Positions 15,942 to 27,465 of a stretch of 64,000 bases of DNA are shown here, one piece after another. The stretch comes from Escherichia coli (GTDB lineage Bacteria; Pseudomonadota; Gammaproteobacteria; Enterobacterales; Enterobacteriaceae): assembly GCF_003334315.1 (NCBI RefSeq), contig NZ_QOWR01000018.1; one strand, written 5' to 3'. Within the stretch, counting starts at the first letter, position 1. Each line of letters opens with the position of its first letter. Below the pieces are notes generated by a model. That model did not search any database, was not told the DNA's origin, and saw nothing but the letters and a program-made list of their open reading frames with translations. The translations under genes and the position numbers were made by a program.

Positions 15942-16835
15942 ATGAATATTGAACTTCGTCATCTGCGTTACTTTGTTGCTGTTGCGGAAGAGCTGCATTT
16001 CGGGCGCGCCGCTGCCCGCCTGAATATTTCGCAACCGCCGCTAAGTCAGCAGATTCAGGCGCTGGAGCAACAAATTGGTGCCCGACTGCTGGCACGAACC
16101 AATCGCAGTGTATTGCTGACGGCAGCAGGAAAACAGTTTCTTGCAGATAGTCGGCAAATCCTGTCTATGGTGGATGACGCTGCCGCTCGCGCTGAAAGGC
16201 TGCATCAGGGTGAAGCGGGGGAGTTGCGCATTGGTTTTACTTCGTCGGCTCCTTTTATTCGGGCGGTGTCCGATACGTTATCGCTGTTTCGCCGTGATTA
16301 TCCTGATGTCCATTTACAAACCCGCGAAATGAACACTCGCGAGCAAATCGCTCCGCTCATTGAAGGAACGCTGGATATGGGATTGCTGCGTAACACAGCG
16401 TTACCGGAGTCGCTTGAACACGCAGTCATCGTCCATGAACCGCTTATGGCGATGATCCCGCACGATCATCCCCTGGCAAATAACCCGAATGTAACGCTGG
16501 CTGAACTGGCGAAAGAACCCTTTGTCTTTTTTGATCCGCACGTCGGGACAGGGCTGTATGACGATATTCTCGGGCTGATGCGACGTTACCATTTGACGCC
16601 CGTCATCACTCAGGAGGTGGGCGAGGCAATGACCATCATCGGTCTGGTTTCCGCCGGTCTGGGTGTTTCAATTTTGCCTGCGTCATTTAAACGTGTTCAG
16701 CTCAACGAAATGCGCTGGGTGCCGATTGCTGAAGAGGATGCGGTTTCTGAAATGTGGTTGGTCTGGCCGAAACATCATGAACAAAGTCCGGCTGCGCGTA
16801 ACTTTCGTATTCATCTGCTGAATGCTCTCAGGTGA
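15942..16835 (+). CDS. ynfL: LysR-family transcriptional regulator YnfL
   Basis: N-terminal HTH (LRHLRYFVAVAEELHFGRAA) and LysR substrate domain; divergent from ynfM. Confidence 0.9.
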   Translation: MNIELRHLRYFVAVAEELHFGRAAARLNISQPPLSQQIQALEQQIGARLLARTNRSVLLTAAGKQFLADSRQILSMVDDAAARAERLHQGEAGELRIGFTSSAPFIRAVSDTLSLFRRDYPDVHLQTREMNTREQIAPLIEGTLDMGLLRNTALPESLEHAVIVHEPLMAMIPHDHPLANNPNVTLAELAKEPFVFFDPHVGTGLYDDILGLMRRYHLTPVITQEVGEAMTIIGLVSAGLGVSILPASFKRVQLNEMRWVPIAEEDAVSEMWLVWPKHHEQSPAARNFRIHLLNALR

Positions 16836-16969
16836 GGGAAATTTCAGCGAAAAAGCCCGAAAAATGTGCTGTTAATCACATGCCTAAGTAAAAATTTGAC
16901 GACACGTATTGAAGTGCTTCACCATAGCCTACAGATTATTTCGGAGCGCGAAAATATAGGGAGTATGCG

Positions 16970-18190
16970 GTGGTTGCTGAAAACCAGCCTGGGCACATTG
17001 ATCAAATAAAGCAGACCAACGCGGGCGCGGTTTATCGCCTGATTGATCAGCTTGGTCCAGTCTCGCGTATCGATCTTTCCCGTCTGGCGCAACTGGCTCC
17101 TGCCAGTATCACTAAAATTGTCCGTGAGATGCTCGAAGCACACCTGGTGCAAGAGCTGGAAATCAAAGAAGCGGGGAACCGTGGCCGTCCGGCGGTGGGG
17201 CTGGTGGTTGAAACTGAAGCCTGGCACTATCTTTCTCTGCGCATTAGTCGCGGGGAGATTTTCCTTGCTCTGCGCGATCTGAGCAGCAAACTGGTGGTGG
17301 AAGAGTCGCAGGAACTGGCGTTAAAAGATGACTTGCCATTGCTGGATCGTATTATTTCCCATATCGATCAGTTTTTTATCCGCCACCAGAAAAAACTTGA
17401 GCGTCTAACTTCGATTGCCATAACCTTGCCGGGAATTATTGATACGGAAAATGGTATTGTACATCGCATGCCGTTCTACGAGGATGTAAAAGAGATGCCG
17501 CTCGGCGAGGCGCTGGAGCAGCATACCGGCGTTCCGGTTTATATTCAGCATGATATCAGCGCATGGACGATGGCAGAGGCCTTGTTTGGTGCCTCACGCG
17601 GGGCGCGCGATGTGATTCAGGTGGTTATCGATCACAACGTGGGGGCGGGCGTCATTACCGATGGTCATCTGCTACACGCAGGCAGCAGTAGTCTCGTGGA
17701 AATAGGCCACACACAGGTCGACCCGTATGGGAAACGCTGTTATTGCGGGAATCACGGCTGCCTCGAAACCATCGCCAGCGTGGACAGTATTCTTGAGCTG
17801 GCACAGCTGCGTCTTAATCAATCCATGAGCTCGATGTTACATGGACAACCGTTAACCGTGGACTCATTGTGTCAGGCGGCATTGCGCGGCGATCTACTGG
17901 CAAAAGACATCATTACCGGGGTGGGCGCGCATGTCGGGCGCATTCTTGCCATCATGGTGAATTTATTTAACCCACAAAAAATACTGATTGGCTCACCGTT
18001 AAGTAAAGCGGCAGATATCCTCTTCCCGGTCATCTCAGACAGCATCCGTCAGCAGGCCCTTCCTGCGTATAGTCAGCACATCAGCGTTGAGAGTACTCAG
18101 TTTTCTAACCAGGGCACGATGGCAGGCGCTGCACTGGTAAAAGACGCGATGTATAACGGTTCTTTGTTGATTCGTCTGTTGCAGGGTTAA
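16970..18190 (+). CDS. mlc: ROK-family global regulator Mlc (DgsA), GTG start
   Basis: 406 aa MVAENQPGHIDQIKQTNAGAVYRLIDQ...; ROK Zn motif CYCGNHGCLE. Confidence 0.92.
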   Translation: MVAENQPGHIDQIKQTNAGAVYRLIDQLGPVSRIDLSRLAQLAPASITKIVREMLEAHLVQELEIKEAGNRGRPAVGLVVETEAWHYLSLRISRGEIFLALRDLSSKLVVEESQELALKDDLPLLDRIISHIDQFFIRHQKKLERLTSIAITLPGIIDTENGIVHRMPFYEDVKEMPLGEALEQHTGVPVYIQHDISAWTMAEALFGASRGARDVIQVVIDHNVGAGVITDGHLLHAGSSSLVEIGHTQVDPYGKRCYCGNHGCLETIASVDSILELAQLRLNQSMSSMLHGQPLTVDSLCQAALRGDLLAKDIITGVGAHVGRILAIMVNLFNPQKILIGSPLSKAADILFPVISDSIRQQALPAYSQHISVESTQFSNQGTMAGAALVKDAMYNGSLLIRLLQG

Positions 18191-18314
18191 CATTTTTTAA
18201 CTGTTCTACCAAAATTTGCGCTATCTCAATTTGGGCCAGGAAAGCATAACTTAGACTTTCAAGGTTAATTATTTTCCTGGTTTATATTTGTGAAGCATAA
18301 CGGTGGAGTTAGTG

Positions 18315-19010
18315 ATGCTGAAGCGTTTCTTTATTACCGGTACAGACACTTCTGTAGGGAAAACGGTGGTTTCCCGCGCATTGCTACAAGCGTTAGCCTC
18401 CCAGGGAAAAACGGTTGCGGGATATAAACCCGTAGCGAAGGGGAGCAAAGAGACACCCGAAGGGCTGCGTAATAAAGATGCCCTGGTGTTGCAGAGTGTT
18501 TCAACCATCGAACTGCCTTATGAAGCAGTTAATCCTATCGCGTTAAGCGAAGAAGAAAGTAGCGTGGCGCACAGTTGCCCAATCAATTACACCCTCATTT
18601 CAAACGGCCTGGCAAACCTGACCGAAAAAGTCGATCATGTCGTGGTAGAAGGGACTGGCGGCTGGCGCAGTCTGATGAATGATTTGCGTCCACTCTCTGA
18701 ATGGGTAGTGCAGGAACAACTGCCGGTGTTGATGGTTGTCGGTATTCAGGAAGGTTGCATTAACCATGCACTGCTAACAGCTCAGGCGATCGCCAACGAC
18801 GGGCTGCCGCTCATTGGCTGGGTGGCTAACCGAATCAACCCAGGACTGGCGCATTATGCGGAAATCATTGATGTGCTGGGTAAAAAACTTCCGGCACCGC
18901 TCATTGGTGAACTGCCTTATCTGCCGCGCGCCGAACAGCGTGAACTGGGGCAATACATCCGCTTAGCTATGCTGCGCAGTGTGCTGGCGGTAGATAGAGT
19001 CACGGTGTAA
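18315..19010 (+). CDS. ynfK: dethiobiotin synthetase paralog YnfK
   Basis: 231 aa from [17 protein letters not shown] (P-loop). Confidence 0.9.
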
Positions 19011-20219
19011 CGTCCGCGAAATTACCGACGCAATTACGCAGGCAATCAATAAACCGGGGAGTAGCTGATACTCCCCGGTCATTTCACATATCATCAACGT
19101 CGACATAATCGGCGCGTGCGTGGTCGCCGCCAACAGTGTCGCCATCCCGGTCAATCCGAGTAAAAGTGTAATTTCTTCGCCATCAGGGAACCATAATCCC
19201 AGGCTACGACCATACAACATGCCAATGGCAAGACCGATAAATAGCGTCGGTGTAAAGACCCCACCGGGTGCGCCGGAACCGCTACTCGCCAGCACGGCAC
19301 ACAGTTTACAAAGGAAGATCCCGGCAATGATCATTAACAGTGGTGGGGCGGTTAAAAAGGATTGTACGGTGCTATAGCCGTTGCCCCACACTGCAGGTGT
19401 GAACAGGGAAAGCAGACCCACGATCAACCCGCCTAGTGCCAGTTGCCAGGGCGGCGCAAGTTTGAGACTCACAAATCCACGATGACAGGCGTTCATTAAC
19501 GTTAACAACAGTGGTCCGCACAGACCTGCCAGCACACCTGTACTGATAATCAGCGCATAGTCACGAGCCTGAACCGTCACTGAGAGTTGTACGTTGTAGA
19601 GTAACGCGTCGCTATGATTAATCAGATTGCTAACCAGCAATGCCACGACGGCGGAAATAATCACCGGGCCGAGAGAGGCCAACATCATAGTGCCAAACAG
19701 CACTTCGGCTATAAATAAACTGCCAGCAAGCGGGGCACGATAGGCCGCAGCCATTCCCGCCGCGGCCCCACAGGCGATCCATAATTTCCACTCCTGGCGT
19801 GGCGTAAAACGTTGGGCAAAACAGGAGGCGGCAAGGGCAGCTAAAAGAATCATCGCACCTTCGCGACCAATTGCACTGCCGCTGGTTACTACCAGCAGAG
19901 AGGCAAGCGATTTAACCAGGCTTGCTGCGTAATCGAACTGTCCATCGGTTTGCAACGCTTCCATGTAATCGGTCGGCGCATGAGGGCGTTGTTGGGTAAA
20001 TTTCTGCCAGCCCATCAGCAACAAACCCGCCGCCAGTCCGCCGAGCGCCGGAGTTAGCAACCGTCGCCAGGGGGAAAGGTTTGTCGCTGCATTGACCAGA
20101 CTGCCGGAGTCATTATTGAGGAACAACCACTCCAGTAGCAGCATCGCATGACGAAACCCGGCAACGGCAAAGGCCGCGAGAATACCGACGACTGTTGCGA
20201 TAAGCAGACGGCGGAACAT
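18963..20219 (-). CDS. clcB: voltage-gated ClC-type chloride channel ClcB
   Basis: 418 aa from [12 protein letters not shown]...; convergent overlap with ynfK. Confidence 0.9.
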   Translation of the reverse strand: MFRRLLIATVVGILAAFAVAGFRHAMLLLEWLFLNNDSGSLVNAATNLSPWRRLLTPALGGLAAGLLLMGWQKFTQQRPHAPTDYMEALQTDGQFDYAASLVKSLASLLVVTSGSAIGREGAMILLAALAASCFAQRFTPRQEWKLWIACGAAAGMAAAYRAPLAGSLFIAEVLFGTMMLASLGPVIISAVVALLVSNLINHSDALLYNVQLSVTVQARDYALIISTGVLAGLCGPLLLTLMNACHRGFVSLKLAPPWQLALGGLIVGLLSLFTPAVWGNGYSTVQSFLTAPPLLMIIAGIFLCKLCAVLASSGSGAPGGVFTPTLFIGLAIGMLYGRSLGLWFPDGEEITLLLGLTGMATLLAATTHAPIMSTLMICEMTGEYQLLPGLLIACVIASVISRTLHRDSIYRQHTAQHS

Positions 20220-20413
20220 AGTGCGCAGATCCGGATAGATGTGTAGATGATGCATGAGCAGAAATGGGCAATGAAACACGGGCGACTATTTTGCGGCAAA
20301 AGAGGCCAGCCGCAAAAGCAGTGCGTGCTTTAAGAGATAAAAAAACGTGACACTGTAACCTATTATTGCCGGATTGCGCGTAATCGTCACCATCCGGCAA
20401 TATTACGGTGATC

Positions 20414-21028
20414 CTATCGAAACAGCGGTTTAACCGCGACAGGAATTAACAGTTGTGATTGCCATTGCGCCAGCGTTAAGCGAGCCAGTTCACCCAGTGC
20501 ACGGTAGAAAGGGTGTTCTGCTTTTTCGATAAAAACATCAAGAAAACGTGTTGACCACGGAAAAAGGTGCCATGCCAGCAATTCTTCGCATTCTTTCTGG
20601 CGACCATTCTCCGCCAACCACGCAGCCATCAACAGCAGTGAACCAAAATGATCTTCCGGTTCGTTTTGCTTCATTTCAAACTGAATGCCTTTCTCGCGCA
20701 TCCACTGACGAAGTGCCAATGTTGAATCGCCAAACAGCACAGATTCGCGATCCAGCCAGACCGACCCCCACGGCGGAGACGGCAGTGCCCACGGGCCGAC
20801 AAACAAACGCTGCCAGGCCTGGGCGTGAGTCTCTTCACACTGTGTCTGAAAAGCCGTCACCAGCGGCGCTAATGACGCTTCTGGTAGAGGCCACTGAGTT
20901 TCCCAGCCGTCACTGGTGAGTACCGCAACCAGAGGTGCGGCTTCCGCACTCTCTGGAGCGTAATAAAACAGCGCGCCCAACACGCGCGCCGCGACAGAAA
21001 AATTATCTTGCTGTGAAAAATGGGTCAT
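20414..21028 (-). CDS. dmsD: Tat proofreading chaperone DmsD
   Basis: 204 aa from MTHFSQQDNFSVAARVLGALFYY. Confidence 0.9.
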   Translation of the reverse strand: MTHFSQQDNFSVAARVLGALFYYAPESAEAAPLVAVLTSDGWETQWPLPEASLAPLVTAFQTQCEETHAQAWQRLFVGPWALPSPPWGSVWLDRESVLFGDSTLALRQWMREKGIQFEMKQNEPEDHFGSLLLMAAWLAENGRQKECEELLAWHLFPWSTRFLDVFIEKAEHPFYRALGELARLTLAQWQSQLLIPVAVKPLFR

Positions 21029-21070
21029 TCCTAACATCCTGAAATGTGCGGGTTGCCCCGCACCAATTTG

Positions 21071-21925
21071 TTAACCTGCAATAGCCATTCCTACTGTCAT
21101 GTGCAGGCCATAAAAGAGCACACGCCCGATCATCTCACCGCCAAGAATGAGGATTAACCCCAGAATAAGTCCGGCAACGTGAGGTTCACGGCGACGAATG
21201 AGCGGACAAACCCAGCATCCTAGACCTGCGCATAACAATACCACACGCCAGACCTGTAAGGAGGCGTAATCTGGTACCAGTGCGCTGGCTTGTTGTACGG
21301 ATGAGTGAATACACGCCAGAGACAAACCTTGCAGCACAATCACCCCGGCACAAGCGATCAGCGCCAGAACGCTAATGATGGCAAATGGTGTGGTATTAAA
21401 TGTAACGCGAGCTGCCCGCAGAATTGCGGCAGCAAGTATTGGACCGCTCAACAATACCGTCAGGAAGAAAGCCAGCGTAGTGTAACCGTTATGCCAGGTT
21501 GGCACGGTGTCGATTTGATACAAGCAGGTCATCATCCAGACGAAAATGACGCCGAGCGCCATGCTGACAAGTAACCAGAGTTTCCCCAACGCTTGCGGCA
21601 TTTTACCGATGACCGCCACCAGCCACCATAGTCCGCCAACGGCAAAAAATATGGAACCGGCAGCAATCTCGTTACTCAGACCAGAAGCTCCGATTCGATT
21701 CAGCGAGTTAAACGCCCGCAGTGGCGATCCCAGGTGCATGACAGAGGCAATAAACCCGATGCCCATCAACAGCCAGAGGAAAAACATGCCACGAACAATG
21801 TGCTGACGGTCTGCGTCATTTTTGGCGGCGAACCAGCCAATTCCGCTAACAATCAGCGCGCCTACTACGCATTGACCCAATACGGTAAAGATAACCAGTG
21901 GCCACTCATGCAATCCATTTCCCAT
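21071..21925 (-). CDS. ynfH: DMSO reductase-type membrane anchor subunit YnfH
   Basis: 284 aa from MGNGLHEWPLVIFTV; the longer 364 aa ORF is an upstream extension overlapping ynfG. Confidence 0.88.
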   Translation of the reverse strand: MGNGLHEWPLVIFTVLGQCVVGALIVSGIGWFAAKNDADRQHIVRGMFFLWLLMGIGFIASVMHLGSPLRAFNSLNRIGASGLSNEIAAGSIFFAVGGLWWLVAVIGKMPQALGKLWLLVSMALGVIFVWMMTCLYQIDTVPTWHNGYTTLAFFLTVLLSGPILAAAILRAARVTFNTTPFAIISVLALIACAGVIVLQGLSLACIHSSVQQASALVPDYASLQVWRVVLLCAGLGCWVCPLIRRREPHVAGLILGLILILGGEMIGRVLFYGLHMTVGMAIAG

Positions 21926-21926
21926 T

Positions 21927-22544
21927 TTACACTTCCTCCGGATTAGCCAGATAACCAGTGGTATCGCCGGTCGGGCGGCTGTTGGCGTTAGGTTTGATAA
22001 CGATATTGGGTTTTGTGAAATGCGCGCGCGGCAGTGGCGCGACGGCAGCAAGAGTGCCGTGCTTCTGGCGCAGCTCTTCAATTGGACCGAACTCAAGTGC
22101 ACGCAGCGGGCAGGATTCGACGCATATGGGTTGTTTCCCCTCGGCGACGCGCGAATAACAACCATCGCACTTCGTCATGTGCCCTTTTTCAGCATTGTAC
22201 TGTGGTGCGCCGTACGGACAAGCCATGTGGCAGTAGCGACAGCCGATACAAACATCTTCATCAACCACCACAAAGCCATCTTCACGCTTATGCATTGCGC
22301 CGCTGGGGCAGACTTTTGTACATGCGGGGTCATCGCAATGGTTACAGGAGATGGAGAGATAATAAGCGAAAACGTTCTGGTGCCAGACGCCATTATCTTC
22401 CTGCCAGTCGCCGCCAGCATATTCATAAATACGGCGGAAACTGACTTCCGGGCCAAGATCTTTAAAATCTTTGCACGCCAGTTCGCAGGTTTTACAGCCA
22501 GTACAGCGGCTGGAATCGATAAAAAATCCATATTGTGTGGTCAT
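21927..22544 (-). CDS. ynfG: 4Fe-4S ferredoxin-type subunit YnfG
   Basis: 205 aa with four CxxCxxCxxxCP clusters. Confidence 0.92.
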   Translation of the reverse strand: MTTQYGFFIDSSRCTGCKTCELACKDFKDLGPEVSFRRIYEYAGGDWQEDNGVWHQNVFAYYLSISCNHCDDPACTKVCPSGAMHKREDGFVVVDEDVCIGCRYCHMACPYGAPQYNAEKGHMTKCDGCYSRVAEGKQPICVESCPLRALEFGPIEELRQKHGTLAAVAPLPRAHFTKPNIVIKPNANSRPTGDTTGYLANPEEV

Positions 22545-22554
22545 GGGCTACTCC

Positions 22555-24981
22555 TTAAACCTTTTCGATCTGGACAAGATTGCTGTGCGACGGGTTTCCC
22601 TTTGCCAGCGGTGAAGGGCGGTGCGAGGTCAGAATATTGATACTGCCGCCGTGATCGACCCGGTCACCAAACATATCCGCTTTAAGCCAAGCACCTTGCC
22701 CGATGGCGGTAACGCCAGGCAGAATACGCGGAGTCACTTTTGCGGCAATCAGCATTTCTCCATTATTGTTAAATACCCGCACGGTATCGCCATGACGGAT
22801 ACCGCGTGCCTGAGCATCAATGGGGTTGATCCACACCTCTTGTGGGCAGGCCTGCTGTAACACATCAATATTGCCGTAGCTGGAGTGGGTACGCGCTTTG
22901 TAATGGAAGCCCGTTAACTGCAGTGGATAGGTTTTCCGCAGGGGATCGTCCCAGCCATCAAAACCTGGCGTATAAGCTGGAAGGGGATGAATAACTTCAT
23001 CTTTTTTCAATTCCCAGGTATCTGCAATCTTCGCCAGTCGTTCAGAATAAATTTCGATTTTCCCCGAAGGTGTTTTCAACGGGTTTGCCTGTGGTTCTTC
23101 ACGGAATGCGCGGAAAGCGACGTAGTGTTCTTCCGGGCATTTTTTCTTAAAGATCCCGGTCGTTTTCATCTCCTCGTAGTCGGGCATCTCAGGGTTACGT
23201 TCCTTCGTTTTCGCATGGAGATATTTGATCCATTCATGCTGACTGCGACCTTCAGTAAAGGTTTGATAAACGTCTGGTCCTAAGCGTTTGGCGACTTCAC
23301 TCAGCATCCAGTAGATGGGTTTGCGTTCAAATTTTGCTGAGGTTGCGGGTTGGGCGAGGATCACATAGCCCATATTCCCGGCAGATTCATGAGAGATAAG
23401 GTCTTCTTGCTCTGTTGGCATCAGGTCGGGCAACAGGATATCGCAATACTTAGCCGAGGCAGTCATGAAGTGGTCAATGCCAACAATCATCTCGCACTTG
23501 CTGTCATCCTGAAGCACCTCATGGGTGTGATTGATGTCACCATGTTGATTGATCAATGTGTTACTGGCGTAGCACCATAAAAACTTGATGGGGACATCCA
23601 GTTTTTCTTTTCCACGAACACCATCACGGGTCGCGGTCATTTCCTTACCATGGTCGATGGCATCTGTCCATGTAAAGACGGAAATCTGCGTTTTAACAGG
23701 GTTCTCAAGCATCGGGAACCATTCTACCCCCAGATCCCAGCTACCTTCGCGTACACCTGAGTTGCCGCCGTTTATGCCGACGTTACCGGTGAGAACGGAA
23801 AGCATGGCAATAGCGCGGGATGTTTGCTCGCCGTTGGAATGTCGTTGTGGCCCCCAACCCTGACAAATATAAGCAGGTTTTGCTGAACCGATCTCTCGCG
23901 CCAACTGGATAATTTTTTCTGCCGGGATGCTGGTGATTTTTGCTGCCCATTCCGGCGTTTTAGCTATGCCGTCAGGCCCTTCGCCCAGAATATAGGCTTT
24001 ATAATGCGCGTTACGTGGTGCGTTGGCGGGCAGCGTTTTTTCATCGTAACCAACACAATATTTGTCGAGAAATGGCTGATCGACCATGTTTTCAGTAATC
24101 AGTACCCAGGCAATCGCACAGGCCAGTGCGCCATCGGTGCCAGGGCGAATGGGCAGCCATTCATCTTCACGCCCGGCAGCTGTGTCGTTATAACGTGGAT
24201 CGATGACGATCATGCGTGCGTTTGAACGTTCGCGGGCTTGCTCGACGTAGTAAGTGACACCACCGCCGCTCATCCGTGTTTCTGCCGGGTTATTTCCGAA
24301 CATAACGACCAGTTTCGTATTGGCGATATCATCCGGGCTGTTGCCATCATTGGCACCGAACATATAACTCATTGCGGCACTGATCTGTGCGGTACTGTAG
24401 CTGCCATAGCGACTGAGAAAACCACCACATGAGTTCATCAGACGGTACGGGACGTTTGAGTTGGTGATGTTTCCGCCATCTACGCCTGTTCCGTACAGGA
24501 CATGTACAGCCTCATTGCCGTAATCTTTCAGGATCCGCCGAAGATTATCACTGATGGTATCCAGGGCTTCGTCCCAACTTATCCGTTCAAATTTACCTTC
24601 ACCGCGCTTGCCGACGCGCTTCATGGGATATTTCAACCTATCAGGATGATTCATCCGTCGGCGGATAGAGCGCCCGCGTAAACACGCTCGAACCTGATGA
24701 TTACCGTAGACGTCGTCACCTGTCGTATCAGACTCCACCCAGTACACGGTGTCATCTTTCACATGCAAACGTAACAGACAGCGGCTCCCGCAGTTAACGG
24801 TGCAGGAACTCCAGACCGCTTTCTCTTCTACCGGAGCCTCTGCCGCCCGGACCATTTGGGAAAATGGCAGAGTGAAAGCACTGCTTGCCAGCGCAAGACT
24901 GCCAAGTGCGGAGGTTTTCATCAGACTTCTACGGCTGATTTCAGCCTTCATGAGCGCCTCTGTGGTATGGATTTTCATCAT
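22555..24981 (-). CDS. ynfF: molybdopterin oxidoreductase YnfF (DmsA paralog), Tat signal
   Basis: 808 aa; SRRSLMK twin-arginine motif; paralogous to the adjacent ynfE. Confidence 0.92.
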   Translation of the reverse strand: MMKIHTTEALMKAEISRRSLMKTSALGSLALASSAFTLPFSQMVRAAEAPVEEKAVWSSCTVNCGSRCLLRLHVKDDTVYWVESDTTGDDVYGNHQVRACLRGRSIRRRMNHPDRLKYPMKRVGKRGEGKFERISWDEALDTISDNLRRILKDYGNEAVHVLYGTGVDGGNITNSNVPYRLMNSCGGFLSRYGSYSTAQISAAMSYMFGANDGNSPDDIANTKLVVMFGNNPAETRMSGGGVTYYVEQARERSNARMIVIDPRYNDTAAGREDEWLPIRPGTDGALACAIAWVLITENMVDQPFLDKYCVGYDEKTLPANAPRNAHYKAYILGEGPDGIAKTPEWAAKITSIPAEKIIQLAREIGSAKPAYICQGWGPQRHSNGEQTSRAIAMLSVLTGNVGINGGNSGVREGSWDLGVEWFPMLENPVKTQISVFTWTDAIDHGKEMTATRDGVRGKEKLDVPIKFLWCYASNTLINQHGDINHTHEVLQDDSKCEMIVGIDHFMTASAKYCDILLPDLMPTEQEDLISHESAGNMGYVILAQPATSAKFERKPIYWMLSEVAKRLGPDVYQTFTEGRSQHEWIKYLHAKTKERNPEMPDYEEMKTTGIFKKKCPEEHYVAFRAFREEPQANPLKTPSGKIEIYSERLAKIADTWELKKDEVIHPLPAYTPGFDGWDDPLRKTYPLQLTGFHYKARTHSSYGNIDVLQQACPQEVWINPIDAQARGIRHGDTVRVFNNNGEMLIAAKVTPRILPGVTAIGQGAWLKADMFGDRVDHGGSINILTSHRPSPLAKGNPSHSNLVQIEKV

Positions 24982-25038
24982 TACTCACTTATTGCTTTTC
25001 AAACAAAATGTCATGCCAGAATTTATGGTTGTCGTGGG

Positions 25039-27465
25039 TTATATTTTTTCGATCTCGACCAGATTAGTGTGCTGCGGGTTTCCCTTCGCCAGTGGTGAAG
25101 GGCGCAGAGTGGTTAGCGTATTCACACAGCCGCCATGGTCGATTTTATCGCCAGACATATTGGCCTCGTGCCAGGCTCCCTGGCCCATAGCGCTAACTCC
25201 AGGGAGAATACGTGGTGTCACTTTGGCTGGTAGCCGAACTTCGCCACGATGGTTAAACACCCGAACCATATCGCCGTTGGCAATCCCTCGTTTCTGCGCA
25301 TCTATAGGGTTGATCCACACCTCCTGACGGCAGGCAGCCTTCAGGAGATCAATATTGCCGTAGGTCGAGTGAGTACGGGATTTGTAATGGAAACCAAACA
25401 GTTGCAGTGGGAAGGTTCTACGTTCAGGGGAGTCCCAGCCTTCAAAGGTTGAGGTATAAACTGGCAATGGGCTTATCACTTCATCTTTTTCCAGTTCCCA
25501 GGTACGGGCAATTTCCGCCAGCCTGCTGGAATAAATTTCAATCTTACCGGAAGGCGTTTTAAGTGGATTTGCCTCGGGGTCGTCACGAAATGCTTTGTAG
25601 GCGACAAAATGACCATTGGGATCTTTACGCTTATAGATACCCATTTTTTTCAGTTCGTCGTAAGACGGTAACGCCGGATCTTTGGCAAGCATTTTGGCGT
25701 ACAGATGTTGTAACCATTGTTCCTGCGTGCGACCTTCTGTGAACTTTTGATAGACGTCAGGTCCAAGACGTTTCGCGACTTCACTCAGGATCCAGTAAAT
25801 CGGTTTACGTTCGAATTTTTCGCTGGTGACTGGCTGGAGGAAAATGAGATAACCCATGTTACCGGCGTAGTCGTTAGGAATAATATCTTCCTGCTCAACG
25901 GTCATCAGGTCTGGCAGCAGAATGTCGGCATATTTTGCCGATGAGGTCATAAAGTTTTCGATGACCACAATCATTTCGCATTTCGATTCGTCTTGCAGAA
26001 TTTCATGCGTTTTGTTGATGTCAGAATGCTGATTAACCAGGGTATTTCCCGCGTAGTTCCAGATGAACTTAATGGGCACATCCAGTTTATCTTTGCCGCG
26101 GACGCCGTCGCGGATTGCCGTCATTTGCGGGCCATGATCGATAGCATCCGTCCAGCTGAAGCAGGAGATTGACGTTTTGACCGGATTATCCAGCACCGGT
26201 AGGCGTTCTATGGTAATGGTATAGGTCGATTCTCGCGCGCCACTATTTCCGCCGCTGATGCCGACATTGCCCGTCAAAATAGGCAACATAGCAATAGCGC
26301 GTGCGGTCAGCTCGCCGTTTGCCTGGCGTTGTGGCCCCCAGCCCTGGCAGATATAAGCGGGTTTTGCTGTGCCAATTTCACGCGCCAGTTTGATGATACG
26401 GTCCACCGGGATACCGGTAATTTGCGAAGCCCACTGCGGCGTTTTCGCTGTGTTATCGTCACCTTCACCAAGAATATAGGCTTTATAGTGACCATTTTTT
26501 GGTGCATCTGCGGGTAAGGTTTTTTCGTCATAGCCGACGCAGTATTTATCGAGAAAAGGTTGATCAACGAGATTTTCGTTAATCAATACCCAGGCAATCC
26601 CCGCAACCAGCGCGGCATCGGTGCCCGGGCGAATAGGAAGCCATTCATCTTCACGACCAGCAGCCGTATCGGTATATCGCGGATCGATAACAATCATTTT
26701 GGCGTTCGATTTCTCGCGCGCTTTTTCAAGAAGATAAGTGATGCCACCGCCGCTCATGCGGGTTTCTGCCGGGTTGTTACCAAACATCACGACCAGCTTG
26801 CTGTTTTCAATATCCGTGGTGCTGTTGCCATCATTACTGCCGTAGGTGTAGGGCATGGCACAGGAAATTTGCGCAGTGCTGTAGGAGCCATACTGGTTGA
26901 GTGAACCGCCGTAGCAGTTCATCAGGCGTTTGACCGCCGAGGCTGATGGCGAAGAGCGGGTCATATTGCCGCCAACGATCCCCGAAGAGTACTGAATATA
27001 TACAGCCTCATTGCCATATTGTTCGACGGTTTTCTTCAGGCTACTGGCGATAGTATCCAGGGCTTCATCCCAGCTAATCCGTTCGAATTTGCCTTCGCCG
27101 CGTTTGCCCACGCGTTTCATTGGGTAATTCAAGCGATCGGGATGATTACTACGCCGGCGGATGGAGCGACCGCGCAAACAGGCCCGTACCTGATGGTTGC
27201 CGTACTCATCGCTGCCGGTATTGTCAGTTTCCACCCAGGTCACTTCATTATCTTTAACATGTAGACGAAGTGCACAGCGGCTACCACAGTTGACGGAACA
27301 GGCACCCCAGACCACTTTTTCGCGGGCCCGTTGTACCGATGCTGCTGCATTGCGCAGGGTAAACGGCAAAGAAAAACCGCCTGCAGCCAGCGCCAGAGAA
27401 CCTATCGCGGTAGATTTAACGAGTGTTCTGCGGCTGATGCCCACCATTCGTTCATTTTTGGACAT
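25039..27465 (-). CDS. ynfE: molybdopterin oxidoreductase YnfE (selenate reductase/DmsA paralog), Tat signal
   Basis: 808 aa; SRRTLVK twin-arginine motif. Confidence 0.92.
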   Translation of the reverse strand: MSKNERMVGISRRTLVKSTAIGSLALAAGGFSLPFTLRNAAASVQRAREKVVWGACSVNCGSRCALRLHVKDNEVTWVETDNTGSDEYGNHQVRACLRGRSIRRRSNHPDRLNYPMKRVGKRGEGKFERISWDEALDTIASSLKKTVEQYGNEAVYIQYSSGIVGGNMTRSSPSASAVKRLMNCYGGSLNQYGSYSTAQISCAMPYTYGSNDGNSTTDIENSKLVVMFGNNPAETRMSGGGITYLLEKAREKSNAKMIVIDPRYTDTAAGREDEWLPIRPGTDAALVAGIAWVLINENLVDQPFLDKYCVGYDEKTLPADAPKNGHYKAYILGEGDDNTAKTPQWASQITGIPVDRIIKLAREIGTAKPAYICQGWGPQRQANGELTARAIAMLPILTGNVGISGGNSGARESTYTITIERLPVLDNPVKTSISCFSWTDAIDHGPQMTAIRDGVRGKDKLDVPIKFIWNYAGNTLVNQHSDINKTHEILQDESKCEMIVVIENFMTSSAKYADILLPDLMTVEQEDIIPNDYAGNMGYLIFLQPVTSEKFERKPIYWILSEVAKRLGPDVYQKFTEGRTQEQWLQHLYAKMLAKDPALPSYDELKKMGIYKRKDPNGHFVAYKAFRDDPEANPLKTPSGKIEIYSSRLAEIARTWELEKDEVISPLPVYTSTFEGWDSPERRTFPLQLFGFHYKSRTHSTYGNIDLLKAACRQEVWINPIDAQKRGIANGDMVRVFNHRGEVRLPAKVTPRILPGVSAMGQGAWHEANMSGDKIDHGGCVNTLTTLRPSPLAKGNPQHTNLVEIEKI

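Noticed and set aside
21071-22165. 364 aa version of ynfH
   Set aside because: The N-terminal 80 codons overlap ynfG and have no membrane-protein character; the internal ATG at 21925 gives the expected 284 aa protein.
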